From Barthelona sp. PCE (taxonomy: Eukaryota): a stretch of 64,000 nucleotides of DNA. The notes beneath the pieces are model-generated. The model saw nothing but the letters and a program-made list of their open reading frames with translations, made no database searches and was not told the origin of the DNA. Positions 33,149 through 44,015 of the stretch are shown piece after piece. The stretch covers positions 124,001 through 188,000 of the forward strand of contig JAUFOR010000006.1 of assembly GCA_040285745.1 (NCBI GenBank). Reading direction: 5' to 3'. The position numbers and the translations under genes are program-made. The first letter of the stretch is position 1. The number at the start of each line of letters is the position of its first letter.

Positions 33149-34030
33149 TCAATTTACTCGATTTTCTTTTTTGCATTGTGCTTTTCCTGCTTCAACAGTA
33201 AAGTTAATAGGTACACGGGCCACTGTATCCATCGCTATACGTGTTCTTTTTGAAACAACTGGTACTTTACGAACAGGTATTGAAAGATATGAACGTTTCG
33301 GTTTTGGCTTAACACTTAACGCCAATAATAATGACTTCCAACTATCCTTTGGCTTACTTGTATCCACCTGTGATATTACTTTTTTAACACGCTTCTTTGC
33401 AATTCCTGTATCAAGTTTAGCGTGCTTAGTCGGTTTATGTGGAGGTTTGATCAGTGATTTCAATGATTTTGCACGATTGTCAACCATCTTTGAGGGCTTG
33501 TTCACACTTTTCTTGCTCTTCTTATTAATCAATGATTTAGTGCTGGTCAACTTCTTGCCTTTAACTCTTTTCTTTGTCGACTTTTTCCTTTTCTTCTTTG
33601 GTTTCTTTGTGGCAGGTGGTTCGGTTATGACCGGAGGAGACTTTGCTAACGTTATTTTAAGCTTTGTTTTAACAATCGGTTTTTCTGTCTTTGGCTTCTT
33701 CTTTCGTCGAATTACAGGCTTCTTTGACGAAAAATGTTTCTTAGTAGTTTCATTCTTAAGAGGATCTATGACTCTCAACTTATACAAGTTCATCTTTTCT
33801 GCATTTGACAACTTAGTCTTTGGTTTTCGCTCCTTCTTAACAACAGGGACGCCTGGTTCCTCTATTAACTCCTGTGCGGGACAATTAACACTATATATTG
33901 ACCTTGGAGATTGGAATGTTGGATATAACTCACTAGATATCGTTTGACTGTATTGCGCATCATGCGGGACGGCTGGAATATTGCCCGCCACAAAGGTTAG
34001 CCTGTCTCCGAGTGGGAGGGAAGCTAACAT
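33149..34030 (-). CDS. Hypothetical Lys-rich basic low-complexity protein, 293 aa
   Basis: ATG-initiated ORF with many K-rich/NLS-like runs (KKPKKKRKK). Confidence 0.7.
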   Translation of the reverse strand: MLASLPLGDRLTFVAGNIPAVPHDAQYSQTISSELYPTFQSPRSIYSVNCPAQELIEEPGVPVVKKERKPKTKLSNAEKMNLYKLRVIDPLKNETTKKHFSSKKPVIRRKKKPKTEKPIVKTKLKITLAKSPPVITEPPATKKPKKKRKKSTKKRVKGKKLTSTKSLINKKSKKSVNKPSKMVDNRAKSLKSLIKPPHKPTKHAKLDTGIAKKRVKKVISQVDTSKPKDSWKSLLLALSVKPKPKRSYLSIPVRKVPVVSKRTRIAMDTVARVPINFTVEAGKAQCKKENRVN

Positions 34031-34076
34031 ATGATGAATGGAAAAAGTTACAAATCGAAATACAATACTTCTTTAC

Positions 34077-34793
34077 TTAAAACAAACTAAAAAGATCAGT
34101 AAAATCCGAAGATCCTGAATCCTTCTTTAGCTTAATATAATCTTCCATCTCCTTACCCTTTGTAGAAACAGTAGAATCGGCTGCATCGCGATCAAAGTCT
34201 TCATAACCAGTAGACAAACAACTAGTTTTAACAGCGCTGGACACATCACTGCTTAAAAACATGCAGTGGAACTTACAATCTGTTCTAGGATCATAGTAAA
34301 ATCCACTTGGTAACTCTGAACATTTTGTGCAATAAGTATTTTCAAATTCAGATGCATAATCCTGTGCATAGCTACGGCATTTGATGTAGCTCATGTAATC
34401 ATTAGTTTCTTCTGATTTAAAAAAGCTATTAGCAGGATTTGGAACAGATTCCTCATCCTCCTCTCTTGGAAGCTGACGACAAAGTTTAGAAAACAATGTG
34501 CAGAGCTTTCTATCAGCGTCTTCGACACCTAAAATGCCCTGGAATTGCTCAAGAACTGTCCAAAGTTCCTTAAATTTCTCAACTTGAGATGGTTGTTCTA
34601 TAGGACGTCCCCAACGTCTCCAGCGAGCCCTATGGTAAGCACCTCTCCAACGTGGGTGGCTAATGGCTGGAATTTCTGGTTTTTCAAGAACAGATACGTT
34701 CTTCAAAACATCCATGCAATCATTGTACTCACACAAATTGATTGCAGATACGAGTTGTCCGAGGACTATCAGAACGATAAAAAGCTTTAACAT
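34077..34793 (-). CDS. Secreted Cys-rich protein
   Basis: Signal peptide from M at 34793 (MLKLFIVLIVLGQLVSA), 10 Cys in two clusters, no TM anchor. Confidence 0.68.
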   Translation of the reverse strand: MLKLFIVLIVLGQLVSAINLCEYNDCMDVLKNVSVLEKPEIPAISHPRWRGAYHRARWRRWGRPIEQPSQVEKFKELWTVLEQFQGILGVEDADRKLCTLFSKLCRQLPREEDEESVPNPANSFFKSEETNDYMSYIKCRSYAQDYASEFENTYCTKCSELPSGFYYDPRTDCKFHCMFLSSDVSSAVKTSCLSTGYEDFDRDAADSTVSTKGKEMEDYIKLKKDSGSSDFTDLFSLF

Positions 34794-35091
34794 CGAAATA
34801 GATAACGACAAAGAAGTAGAAAATGTAAAAACATCCATATTTCAATATACGTTCCTTCTTCTGTTAAAAACCCTCTCGCTCGTCATATATTGACCTGTCC
34901 CATACAGTGAAAGCGCTGTACAGCAATAGCCTGCGTAAGAATTGTTCTCTCTCAACTCTGAATATACATCCCTTTAAACTTTTACATGAGAATAAAATCG
35001 GAATAGAAATTGGTTGTGTCAACACAAAAGCAATGAATCTTGTTTAATCATTCATATTCTATATCTTGTTCAAACAGTTCACTTTTTCATA

Positions 35092-36252
35092 ATGAACATT
35101 ATTCAACAGCAGCAATTTGGAAAAGCAAAAGAACATGAGCGTCAGGCAGCAGCTGCCATGAAAACGGGCTTATTTAAGTGGAAACCTGATCACCAAACCG
35201 CTTCTATTCATTATTCACGCGCAGCAGAGAACTACACGCTCTGTGGCCGACTTGAAAAGGCTATCAATTGTTGGGAAAATGCAGCAATTTCCAACCACTC
35301 TTTAGGTTTAGACTATCAAGAGGCTGATTGTCTCGTTAACGTAGCAGATCTGTATCAGGAATTGGAGGACTATTCCCATTACGACCTTTACGAGAAGGCA
35401 TTCCGTCTATTTTACATGAACGATAATATTGATCAAGGTGTTAAATGTTTGATAAAAGTAGCAAAAATAATCGCAAAATATCATCCTACTGAGAAGGAGA
35501 AGCTCTCCCAGCTGATGGATGACATCCATAGGCACGTTTTAGACAGTCAACAATCACGTAGAGTGCAAGATTTTTTGCACCCAATTTGTATGCAATTTAT
35601 TGATGAAAGTTTGTTTATTGAAGCAGGTGATTTGTTTATTAAGATGGGTTATGCACGCTTAAAGGTGAAGACCGTCTTGGATCTATGTAGTGCAGATTGG
35701 TTAAGTGGTATTATATGTTATCTACGTACTTTAGATTTTGAAAATGCTCAAGGAAAGATGAATGATTTATTAACTCAATCAGATTTCGGCCTCACTGACC
35801 GCGGTGTCATTGCGACTATCATGTGTGATGCGTGTTTAGAAGGAAATGAAGAGAAATTAGAAACTCAAATTATTAAACCACAAGTATCATTATTAGATAA
35901 CAGAGTATTACGTTTAATTCGTTATATCAAGAAGCATGTTACTGACATGGACCTTGTTGTGCAGGAGCAGCTTGAATTATCAACTATTGTATCTGAAGAA
36001 AATGGTGAACGAAAAACTCAAGCAGAAAAAATGGGTGAAGTACTCTCTAACTTTGAGAATATGATGGGTGTTGGTACTTCTGCCAAACAGGAGCAGGAGA
36101 CAGAAATTGTTGATTCCTTAGTATCTACTGAAACACAAGAGGAGGTGAATACTGAAACACAGGAGGAGGTGAATACTGAACAACCATCTGCAACTGAGAA
36201 GCTTGATGAAGATGAATATGACAGTGAAAGCGACTATGATGGAGTTTTGTAA
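35092..36252 (+). CDS. NAPG: Gamma-SNAP (NSF attachment protein gamma) with acidic tail
   Basis: 'AAAAMKTGLFKWKPDHQTASIHYSRAAENY' matches the gamma-SNAP N-terminal signature (KT..KWKPD). TPR-like helices and an acidic C-terminus. Confidence 0.8.
   Translation: MNIIQQQQFGKAKEHERQAAAAMKTGLFKWKPDHQTASIHYSRAAENYTLCGRLEKAINCWENAAISNHSLGLDYQEADCLVNVADLYQELEDYSHYDLYEKAFRLFYMNDNIDQGVKCLIKVAKIIAKYHPTEKEKLSQLMDDIHRHVLDSQQSRRVQDFLHPICMQFIDESLFIEAGDLFIKMGYARLKVKTVLDLCSADWLSGIICYLRTLDFENAQGKMNDLLTQSDFGLTDRGVIATIMCDACLEGNEEKLETQIIKPQVSLLDNRVLRLIRYIKKHVTDMDLVVQEQLELSTIVSEENGERKTQAEKMGEVLSNFENMMGVGTSAKQEQETEIVDSLVSTETQEEVNTETQEEVNTEQPSATEKLDEDEYDSESDYDGVL
36126..36180 (+). repeat. 24-bp coding tandem repeat x2.3 (TETQEEVN) in the gamma-SNAP tail
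   Basis: tactgaaacacaagaggaggtgaa / tactgaaacacaggaggaggtgaa / tactgaa. Confidence 0.9.
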
Positions 36253-36349
36253 ATATTCTTTATTCTGTTGAAAATATTCATTATTTTTGAAAATTATTCT
36301 TATTGTTTTTCATGTTATTGCAAGTTTGTTTTTTGGAGTTGGCCAGGTT

Positions 36350-36907
36350 TTAAGATGTCTTATAACCAATAAAGGGTAAATGTCTGTACTTCATAGCATA
36401 ATCCAAACCATACCCAATAACGAAATGATCTTCACACCTGAAACCAACATAATCTAGGGTTACAGCGTCACCATGCTTCTCATATTTATCAAGAAGAACA
36501 ACAATTTGAACACTTAAAGGATTTAACTCCTGACAATATTGAATTAAAAACTCCAATGATTGACCAGTTTCAATTAAATCTTCAATTATAAGAACATGTT
36601 TGCCCTCGATGTCAACATCCAATCCCTTCTTAAATTCAAGCTTTCCTGACGTTGTTCCATTTCCATAAGAAGAAACACGTACGGTATCTTGGATAACACC
36701 CTCAATAGCAATGTTCTGTGTGAGTTCAACGAAGAAAGGCATGGCTCCTTGTAGAACACATACGCATACAAGCTCATTGCAGCCGATAGACTTGTAGTAC
36801 TCAGTGATTTCTTCACCAAGTTCTTTGACACGTTTAGAAATTTGTTCAGATGAATAGAGAACTTCAAAGTTGCTCAATTCGTTGGTAAGTAAGTTTTCCA
36901 TAGACAT
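36350..36907 (-). CDS. HPRT: Hypoxanthine(-guanine) phosphoribosyltransferase, bacterial hpt-like
   Basis: 'RVKELGEEI', 'VSSYG', PRPP loop 'VLIIEDLIETGQSL', 'LLDK', 'FVIGYGLDY..KYRHLPFIG'. Start set at first ATG. Confidence 0.92.
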   Translation of the reverse strand: MSMENLLTNELSNFEVLYSSEQISKRVKELGEEITEYYKSIGCNELVCVCVLQGAMPFFVELTQNIAIEGVIQDTVRVSSYGNGTTSGKLEFKKGLDVDIEGKHVLIIEDLIETGQSLEFLIQYCQELNPLSVQIVVLLDKYEKHGDAVTLDYVGFRCEDHFVIGYGLDYAMKYRHLPFIGYKTS

Positions 36908-37298
36908 ACTATAGTATAAAAAGTTAAAAAAGTTAATGCAGAAATTTGTGCTCAAGTTCCCTGTCCAACCATTTTCAAAACTTACAAAGGGTAAGTTTCT
37001 CCACAAAAAACGTGGTTCAAGTGAAACTTAAGCTAGATACAAAAAAAATCTCAGAGTCACAAAAATCTAGTTATTTTATGCATTTGATTCACATTTTTAT
37101 GTTTAGAACTGAGCCTGTTACACACTTTGCGAGCGCTTGAGCAACATATTAATTTTCTCAAATCTTGAAAGAGGTAAAAAAAAAACTATCCTTTACCTAA
37201 CAAACTTGGGTCCTAAATTCTTCGCCTAGTGATGCCAAACTAAAAGGGGGCGTCCATTTCAAATTCAAAATACTCTTAAAGTCCAAAATACTGAATAT

Positions 37299-38714
37299 AT
37301 GTCGGTTATTCCTGATGAACGTATAGTTGTATTGTTTAATCCATTTAACTTCCGGGAACAATGCGAATATGACCGATCACAATGTATATGTGCACTTAAT
37401 TATCTTGCATATGCACTTTTAAGTTGCATTGACGGACGTAAGGTTATACCACCATTAATGCTTTTTTCCTTTAGAGATTCAGTAATTCATCAACTAACGA
37501 GTGATTTTGTACCATTCAATCGTAATATATTTAAGAAATTACAAAATCATGTGATGAAACCTAGTGTATTTCCTAATGTTTCACACTGGGAAGAAATTTC
37601 TCAAATATTTGATCATAATCATTATTCTTCTTCAATCACAGAACACACTAGACTTAGTTTTTTAATAATATCACCCTCAGTTAGAAATCCTAAACAAGAA
37701 GAGAAATTAAATTCTTTAGCACTGTCATGCATTCTTTCAAAATTTATTTGGATTGATCCCTTTTTTTCAATTTTTTCTCCTTTATCGATAAATGCTGCTT
37801 CACCTTCTAAAAAAAATCTTAAAACAACAACATCTTTATATTTATTATTAAACAATTATTTTAATCAAACTATATTAGTTGATGGAAGAGATCTAACAAC
37901 CAGTTTTTCACCTCGTATGCATCTTTTATCCTCTGATCGTGACTTTAAGCAACATATACCTATTATTCATAACGATAATTTTGAACAAAAAGGGAATATT
38001 CTTACTTCTGATGCCATTTTTGATGCGTTGTTCCCAATATCAATGAGGGAAGCAAATATTCCCATTGAGCACATGCCTGTGTGTATTGAAACTGTTCAAA
38101 CTTGTGTGATTAGATTTCATAAAGAGAAAACTTTTGCTGATGAACCTGATGAAAATTTAAAAAAATTTTTTGAAGAAAATAATATAGATACTTCTGCAGG
38201 ACAGATTGTATCTCATCGGTTACAATCTTTAGATGAAAAACAAAGAGAAAAACCATTGATAGAATGTGATGTTTTTCCAATTTCTAATTTTTTTGATGTT
38301 TTTACGATATTTACACAATTTGATGAGTATAAGGTTGATAAACCTATTGTTTTGATTGTCAGAATGTTGAAATTTTTGATTTTTGAAGATAAATTAGCCA
38401 AATCAAAAATCAAAGAATTAGTTACAATCATTAAAAGTGATACTGTACCTAATTCATTACAATCTTTAATTTCTTTTTTGATAATGGTGCTTACTTTGAA
38501 TCATAGTAGTATTGAACCTGAAAAAGAACAACGAATATTCGTAAAATTAGTTTTTGCTCTGGATAATATAGTAGCCAATATTGAACAATTGGAGCGATAT
38601 AATATATTTAACAATGACATAATGAATGCTATTATTGATATTATTGAGTCTACAGAATGTAATGCATTGAAAGAACTCAAAATTAGATTAGAAAGAGACT
38701 ACTTATGTATGTGA
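37299..38714 (+). CDS. Hypothetical protein, 471 aa
   Basis: Long ATG-initiated AT-rich ORF; no family recognised. Confidence 0.7.
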   Translation: MSVIPDERIVVLFNPFNFREQCEYDRSQCICALNYLAYALLSCIDGRKVIPPLMLFSFRDSVIHQLTSDFVPFNRNIFKKLQNHVMKPSVFPNVSHWEEISQIFDHNHYSSSITEHTRLSFLIISPSVRNPKQEEKLNSLALSCILSKFIWIDPFFSIFSPLSINAASPSKKNLKTTTSLYLLLNNYFNQTILVDGRDLTTSFSPRMHLLSSDRDFKQHIPIIHNDNFEQKGNILTSDAIFDALFPISMREANIPIEHMPVCIETVQTCVIRFHKEKTFADEPDENLKKFFEENNIDTSAGQIVSHRLQSLDEKQREKPLIECDVFPISNFFDVFTIFTQFDEYKVDKPIVLIVRMLKFLIFEDKLAKSKIKELVTIIKSDTVPNSLQSLISFLIMVLTLNHSSIEPEKEQRIFVKLVFALDNIVANIEQLERYNIFNNDIMNAIIDIIESTECNALKELKIRLERDYLCM

Positions 38715-38879
38715 TCGAATAAAATGTAGATTGTGGCATGGTACTGCATGATTATATCTTGTTCAGTTGCTACAATTGATCACACAAAGCAACATCAATT
38801 TATGTTTTCCTATTTGTATCCCTTATCTACTACTTATCATGTTTTTGTTCACACGTAAAGACCAATTAAAATCTTATTA

Positions 38880-41800
38880 ATGCTTAAATTATGCTTATTG
38901 TTGAGTTTTGTTTTACTTTGCTCGGCTAACGACGTCTTCCTAGATCCTATCTTTGGTGACGATTCTGCAAGGGGCTCGGACTCGTTGACAGCGGTCAAGA
39001 CATTAAATGCAGCATATAAACTATGTAGTGATAATTGCTTGATTCATGTCAATAACACATTGAGTGTAATCTATGATTCTTCTCTAAAGGGCCCAGCTAA
39101 CCTTAGTTTCACATCTAATTTAGCTACAGCTCTGGCTTTTGTAGGATTTCCAAATTTGGATATAACTGTTTATAATGCACAGAGAGTCTTCTTAGATAAT
39201 GTAGTATCTCCACACATCTTGTTGCATGGGGTGCAAAAGATTGATATCATTCAATCTACGTTAGAAAATTTAATACTAAATACATCTTACCTGTATTCTT
39301 TTCATACTTCAAGAAGTAATATTACTACATCGTCTAACATTGTGGATTCGACATCTTTAAGCATTATTGAAACATATATATATATTACAGGAGAAAGAGT
39401 AGTTTTTAATCTAGTCAGTGATTCAATTTTTATAACTAACTGTACATTTATAGGTTTAACAAAACATACTCTTAACTTTAACTTATTAACTAGTATTACT
39501 GGAGATGTTATTATTAGAGATGTTAACTTTAATTATGATGTAGATATCCAATCAAATCGAATTGAAATTTCTGATTGCTTGTTTACAAAATTCGTTCAAT
39601 TTATTGCTTCTGATGCTATGCATGCTTCCATAAAACATACAAGCTTTCACTATTTAATATTCGTTGGAAGAGCAACACCCACTGATGCTGATACATGGGA
39701 GTTAGAAATCGTAGATGTGGATGTAGAACTTATTTCTTTACGGAATTTAACAACTGAACATAGTTTTTTTAATGCTTTTAAAGCAGAAACTTTTGAAATT
39801 TTACATGCTAAAGTTCATGAAGTTTTTACTGATTCAACGTTCACAAACGTTGTAATTAGTAGTTCAAAAGCCACCATTGACCTCATTGTTACAGATATAG
39901 GTAAGGAATCACAGTTATTTTCAAATCCTAATGTAATTCTCAGTGTTTTTGATTCAACGTTGACATTAAATGTAACTTCTTTGGGAGATATAGGTAATGA
40001 AGAAGGGTTTGTACAAACATCGTATTATATTGCACTTCATTATAATGATGCTTTTTTTAAAATTTTTTCACCTAATATACGAGTTGGTATTTCATTTTAT
40101 CCGTTACATGAGACTTCTAGAGTATGTTTCCGTGCATCTAATCTACTGGAATTGGGATTTCCATCTATAGAACTTCCTAAAGAATATATTTTTCATAGTT
40201 TTTTCGTTGAAAATGCTGATATTTCATTTTCAAATACATTACATCATACAATGTATGTTGAAACTACATTGCAAATTTTAAACTCCCAGATTAGTAATAC
40301 AGGATCATTCATTTTAGCAGCAATAACACCTGGTATAAAGTCTATATTTATAATGGATAATTGTACTGTTCCTGATGTAGGAATTGTTGCTTTCTCACAA
40401 GTCAGTATTCTCTCATCATACGTTGTATCGTTCAACGGTAATAATCTTCACAATGTTTTATTTCAAAATACTGATTTTAGTTCGATTTTATTAACAAATT
40501 CAACAGATCTGATCATTAAAGACAGTGATATTGGTGTGATGACAACTCTTGTTGGACATCGTGTTCATGTTTCTTCAAATACTGTTATTGTTTCTGTCAG
40601 TTTTGATCGTATAACAACAATATCCATATTTGAAAGCGAACTTAATTCTTTAAACGTTCAGTATGCAACTTTTTTAGTTGTTGAAAATACTCACTTCATA
40701 AAGAATGTCAATGATCCGAAAGTAACTGTCTCATCAATTAATGTGGAATTTGAAAAGTTACACATTGGTGCACCGACAAAATTTCAAATGATTAGTAATG
40801 CTTTAGGTGTTCAAAACACAGTGTTCAACGAACACACTGTTACCTTTGATGTTGTTTGTTCTAGGATGTTCTTAACTGATGTGATCATAAAGAACGTTGA
40901 TTCAATATATCCATTTATGATTTTTGGAAGACTTTCTGATGCTTCTGTCAGTGTAGCATCAGTAGAAATGACTAATGTCACGATTTCAGATTCATCTTTT
41001 ACAACAAAATTCATTGAACCAATAACAACTGAAATTTTATATGATTCAACTATTATTGAACGTTCTATCATTAATATTGGCTCCTTAGGTACTAAATGTG
41101 ATGTTAAAATTTTTGACTCAACCCTTACACACCGTATTTTCACTGATTCAGGTGTTTTATCGTATTACAAACTTGAAATGATTAATGTAACTTCTCAAGA
41201 TTTTATATTTGATGTTTCTATGGATTCTTCATCATCATTAGAGTTGTATTTCATCGAAAGCATATTTGATTTAATTTTTGCAAAGGGTTTTATTTGTACT
41301 TATGGTGTAAGTATCTTATTTGAATCCAGTAATTTTACAAACTGTTATTTCATGAAGGGACTGATTCATGAATCTATTGAAACAGACACAGATTCAATAT
41401 CAATGTCGTTCAGTTCAACATATATAGATGTCAAAGGTACATATTCTGCTCTAGTTAATTCTCAACGTGCTGCAATTATATTCGACAGCTGTATTGTTCA
41501 TTCTGAACTTCTTTCAAAGACTGCTGCCCATATTGTTGTTAATATGCACAGTTCCGTTATATTAAGAGATACAATTTGGATTATAGGCGGAACCAAGCAT
41601 AGTTATGGTATCATAGGCTCAACAACACACATTAAAGTTGTTAGATCAACCGTTAAAGTTAAAAATAATCAGTTGGTATCATTCTCTTTTAGTACTACAA
41701 AAACTCTCTTAGTTATTGATCAAGAATTTAATTATATAGGCAGCCAGACACTCATACATTCTAGTTTTATACTGATTTCGAGCGTAAATGAAAGCGAATC

Positions 41801-44009
41801 AAAGTTAGATGTATTTTTCAATACTTCCATAACTATTAAGCCATTAGTTATTGCCAACAACCTAACGATAGATAATGTAACTCTTGCTGTTAATGACATG
41901 TCACATTTTAGTTGTCACACAAATACTATTACTACTCTACCTTGTACACCGCCGACGGCTGATCATTTTATCGATTTTAATATTGTTTTTCTGCCAATAG
42001 TACGTCCACGAATATTTAAAAAAGAGACGAGTTTGAAATTTCAAATAGTTTCAACATCCCCTTCGAAACATCCTGAAATTAGTTATTTTAAACAGTTTCA
42101 TATTACACAACGCATGATCGAACACACTCTGTTCATGCGTGTTAATGGTGACATAGCAACTTTCCAACAGACGCTGTACCGAAGTGATATATTTGAAGTC
42201 TCACTCCAGAAATCGTACACAATCCACGAAGACATAAAAATTGAACTTTTCCTTCCATACATCAATGGCTCAGTTATATATAGGCATTTGAAGGTTCCAG
42301 GATGCCCTGCAGGAACATACCTTAACGGATTATCGTGTCTTCCCTGTCAGTCCGGGACAATCCAATTACAAGACGACTTTGTAGGTACTTCCTGTGTCGA
42401 GGATCCTACTTTTCATCTACTCTCTTCATCACAACTTAATTATGTGACGGGATCACACTACGCTGTTCAGTCAGGTAAGTATATCTTTGAAAACAAGAAT
42501 AATTCTATCAACTCAATGATCAACTGTCCTCGTGGTTTGTTTTGTTCAGCAAGTACTGTCAATGCAGGAATGAGTGGCATCTCTTACAACAAGAGACTAC
42601 TAGAAGCATCACTGAATCATGTACATTTAGATTCAAATGGATGCACGTTTCCACATGAGGGAATCTTATGTTTGGATTGCCCCGAATATGTTTTATTGGG
42701 AGGAGAGTATGGTCAAGTTAAACAGTACCAAGTCGTGCCCCATGGTGCATTTGGAGAATGCATGATATGTAGAGAACGTTGGTATTATTATATAGCTTTT
42801 GCACTATTCATTAGTTTGCACATTCTGTTAGTATTAGCTATATTAAAAGTGGGAGGATATTCCAAATTTGGCTGGTCTGTTTTGTCTATACCTGATTTTT
42901 GGACGTATGTAACAACTATTTTGAAAGTTTTTTTCCATTCTCTTTCCATAATTCGGACTGTGTTTATTAATGCAGCGTATACAGTTAAAGCTGCATCTCC
43001 CATATGGATAAGTATGATATTTCCTGATGGAATTTTCTTGTGCATGTTTCCCGATTTCTACACAAAAAATCAAAATTTATTTCCTTCAATCATAACATCA
43101 TTAATAATAACCTTAACACCTATTATTTTATATTTGTGTTTTGTTTTTCTTATTATTATTCATGATGGTATTTCTTCACTTTTTAAACGTACAGGAACAC
43201 TTATTCACAGATACACAAGAAGATCTACTACATTATATAAGGTTAGCATTTTTCTTGTTGAGATTCTATGCATACCTCTCATATCAAAATGCATAGGTTA
43301 TGGATTTTTGTTAATGAAACAGATCAGCTTTACATCAGTAGTTGGACCTACTCCATCTCTCGATATTCGGACATTGAATGAGCATGGTCACTCTCTGAGC
43401 AGTTTTGAATATATACAAGGTCCATTCGTTCAAGGATTGTTAACCTTATTTATTGGTTTAGTAGCTTTTGTATTTTTATGGATTCGGATACGAAAATTTA
43501 AATTTTTAGCAAAAAAGAATAGTGATAGTATTATTTCTTTTGTTTCAGATATGCATTCATCACATCGTTTTTTTGATCTATATTGGATTATTATTAATTC
43601 AATCTTCAACACTACACTATTTTTCGATCAAAGTATCGCAACAGCTGCAACATGTGTTTATGCATTCCTGTGTTTGATTTTTATTTTGTTTAAACGGCCC
43701 TGGTTCGATGATTCAAAGAACTGGTTTGCCATTAGAGTTATTAGTATTCTTTTCATGATGTCGCTATGCTTACGTATTTCTTATGCTTATCCTCAGTTCT
43801 CAATACCCTCAATGGTTCTTCTCTTAGTTTTGCCTGTAGTGATATATAAGCTGCAACCTTTTAGAGATAGTTCTACCTTGCTAAATGAACGTTTTGGTGA
43901 ATTTTTACATTATGACAGTATTGAAGATAGTCAACGTTTTTCACCTTTACTTAGCCCATCCGATTTAAATGCAGAAAATACTCTGTTACCTTTTAGTTTT
44001 ATTCAATAA
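38880..44009 (+). CDS. Large cell-surface protein: signal peptide, pectin-lyase-like beta-helix, Cys-rich repeats, multipass TM C-terminus
   Basis: Signal peptide and beta-helix cap motif 'VFLDPIFGDDSARGSDSLTAVKTLNAA'. Long I/S/N/T-rich region, then 'CPAGTY..CLPCQSG' and 'GCTFPHEGILCLDC', then at least 7 hydrophobic helices. Confidence 0.75.
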   Translation: MLKLCLLLSFVLLCSANDVFLDPIFGDDSARGSDSLTAVKTLNAAYKLCSDNCLIHVNNTLSVIYDSSLKGPANLSFTSNLATALAFVGFPNLDITVYNAQRVFLDNVVSPHILLHGVQKIDIIQSTLENLILNTSYLYSFHTSRSNITTSSNIVDSTSLSIIETYIYITGERVVFNLVSDSIFITNCTFIGLTKHTLNFNLLTSITGDVIIRDVNFNYDVDIQSNRIEISDCLFTKFVQFIASDAMHASIKHTSFHYLIFVGRATPTDADTWELEIVDVDVELISLRNLTTEHSFFNAFKAETFEILHAKVHEVFTDSTFTNVVISSSKATIDLIVTDIGKESQLFSNPNVILSVFDSTLTLNVTSLGDIGNEEGFVQTSYYIALHYNDAFFKIFSPNIRVGISFYPLHETSRVCFRASNLLELGFPSIELPKEYIFHSFFVENADISFSNTLHHTMYVETTLQILNSQISNTGSFILAAITPGIKSIFIMDNCTVPDVGIVAFSQVSILSSYVVSFNGNNLHNVLFQNTDFSSILLTNSTDLIIKDSDIGVMTTLVGHRVHVSSNTVIVSVSFDRITTISIFESELNSLNVQYATFLVVENTHFIKNVNDPKVTVSSINVEFEKLHIGAPTKFQMISNALGVQNTVFNEHTVTFDVVCSRMFLTDVIIKNVDSIYPFMIFGRLSDASVSVASVEMTNVTISDSSFTTKFIEPITTEILYDSTIIERSIINIGSLGTKCDVKIFDSTLTHRIFTDSGVLSYYKLEMINVTSQDFIFDVSMDSSSSLELYFIESIFDLIFAKGFICTYGVSILFESSNFTNCYFMKGLIHESIETDTDSISMSFSSTYIDVKGTYSALVNSQRAAIIFDSCIVHSELLSKTAAHIVVNMHSSVILRDTIWIIGGTKHSYGIIGSTTHIKVVRSTVKVKNNQLVSFSFSTTKTLLVIDQEFNYIGSQTLIHSSFILISSVNESESKLDVFFNTSITIKPLVIANNLTIDNVTLAVNDMSHFSCHTNTITTLPCTPPTADHFIDFNIVFLPIVRPRIFKKETSLKFQIVSTSPSKHPEISYFKQFHITQRMIEHTLFMRVNGDIATFQQTLYRSDIFEVSLQKSYTIHEDIKIELFLPYINGSVIYRHLKVPGCPAGTYLNGLSCLPCQSGTIQLQDDFVGTSCVEDPTFHLLSSSQLNYVTGSHYAVQSGKYIFENKNNSINSMINCPRGLFCSASTVNAGMSGISYNKRLLEASLNHVHLDSNGCTFPHEGILCLDCPEYVLLGGEYGQVKQYQVVPHGAFGECMICRERWYYYIAFALFISLHILLVLAILKVGGYSKFGWSVLSIPDFWTYVTTILKVFFHSLSIIRTVFINAAYTVKAASPIWISMIFPDGIFLCMFPDFYTKNQNLFPSIITSLIITLTPIILYLCFVFLIIIHDGISSLFKRTGTLIHRYTRRSTTLYKVSIFLVEILCIPLISKCIGYGFLLMKQISFTSVVGPTPSLDIRTLNEHGHSLSSFEYIQGPFVQGLLTLFIGLVAFVFLWIRIRKFKFLAKKNSDSIISFVSDMHSSHRFFDLYWIIINSIFNTTLFFDQSIATAATCVYAFLCLIFILFKRPWFDDSKNWFAIRVISILFMMSLCLRISYAYPQFSIPSMVLLLVLPVVIYKLQPFRDSSTLLNERFGEFLHYDSIEDSQRFSPLLSPSDLNAENTLLPFSFIQ

Positions 44010-44015
44010 ATATTT

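Noticed and set aside
33171..33947. 258-aa hydrophobic antisense ORF
   Set aside because: Shadow of the Lys-rich gene: AAA/AAG codons read as Phe/Leu on the opposite strand. It starts at TTG.
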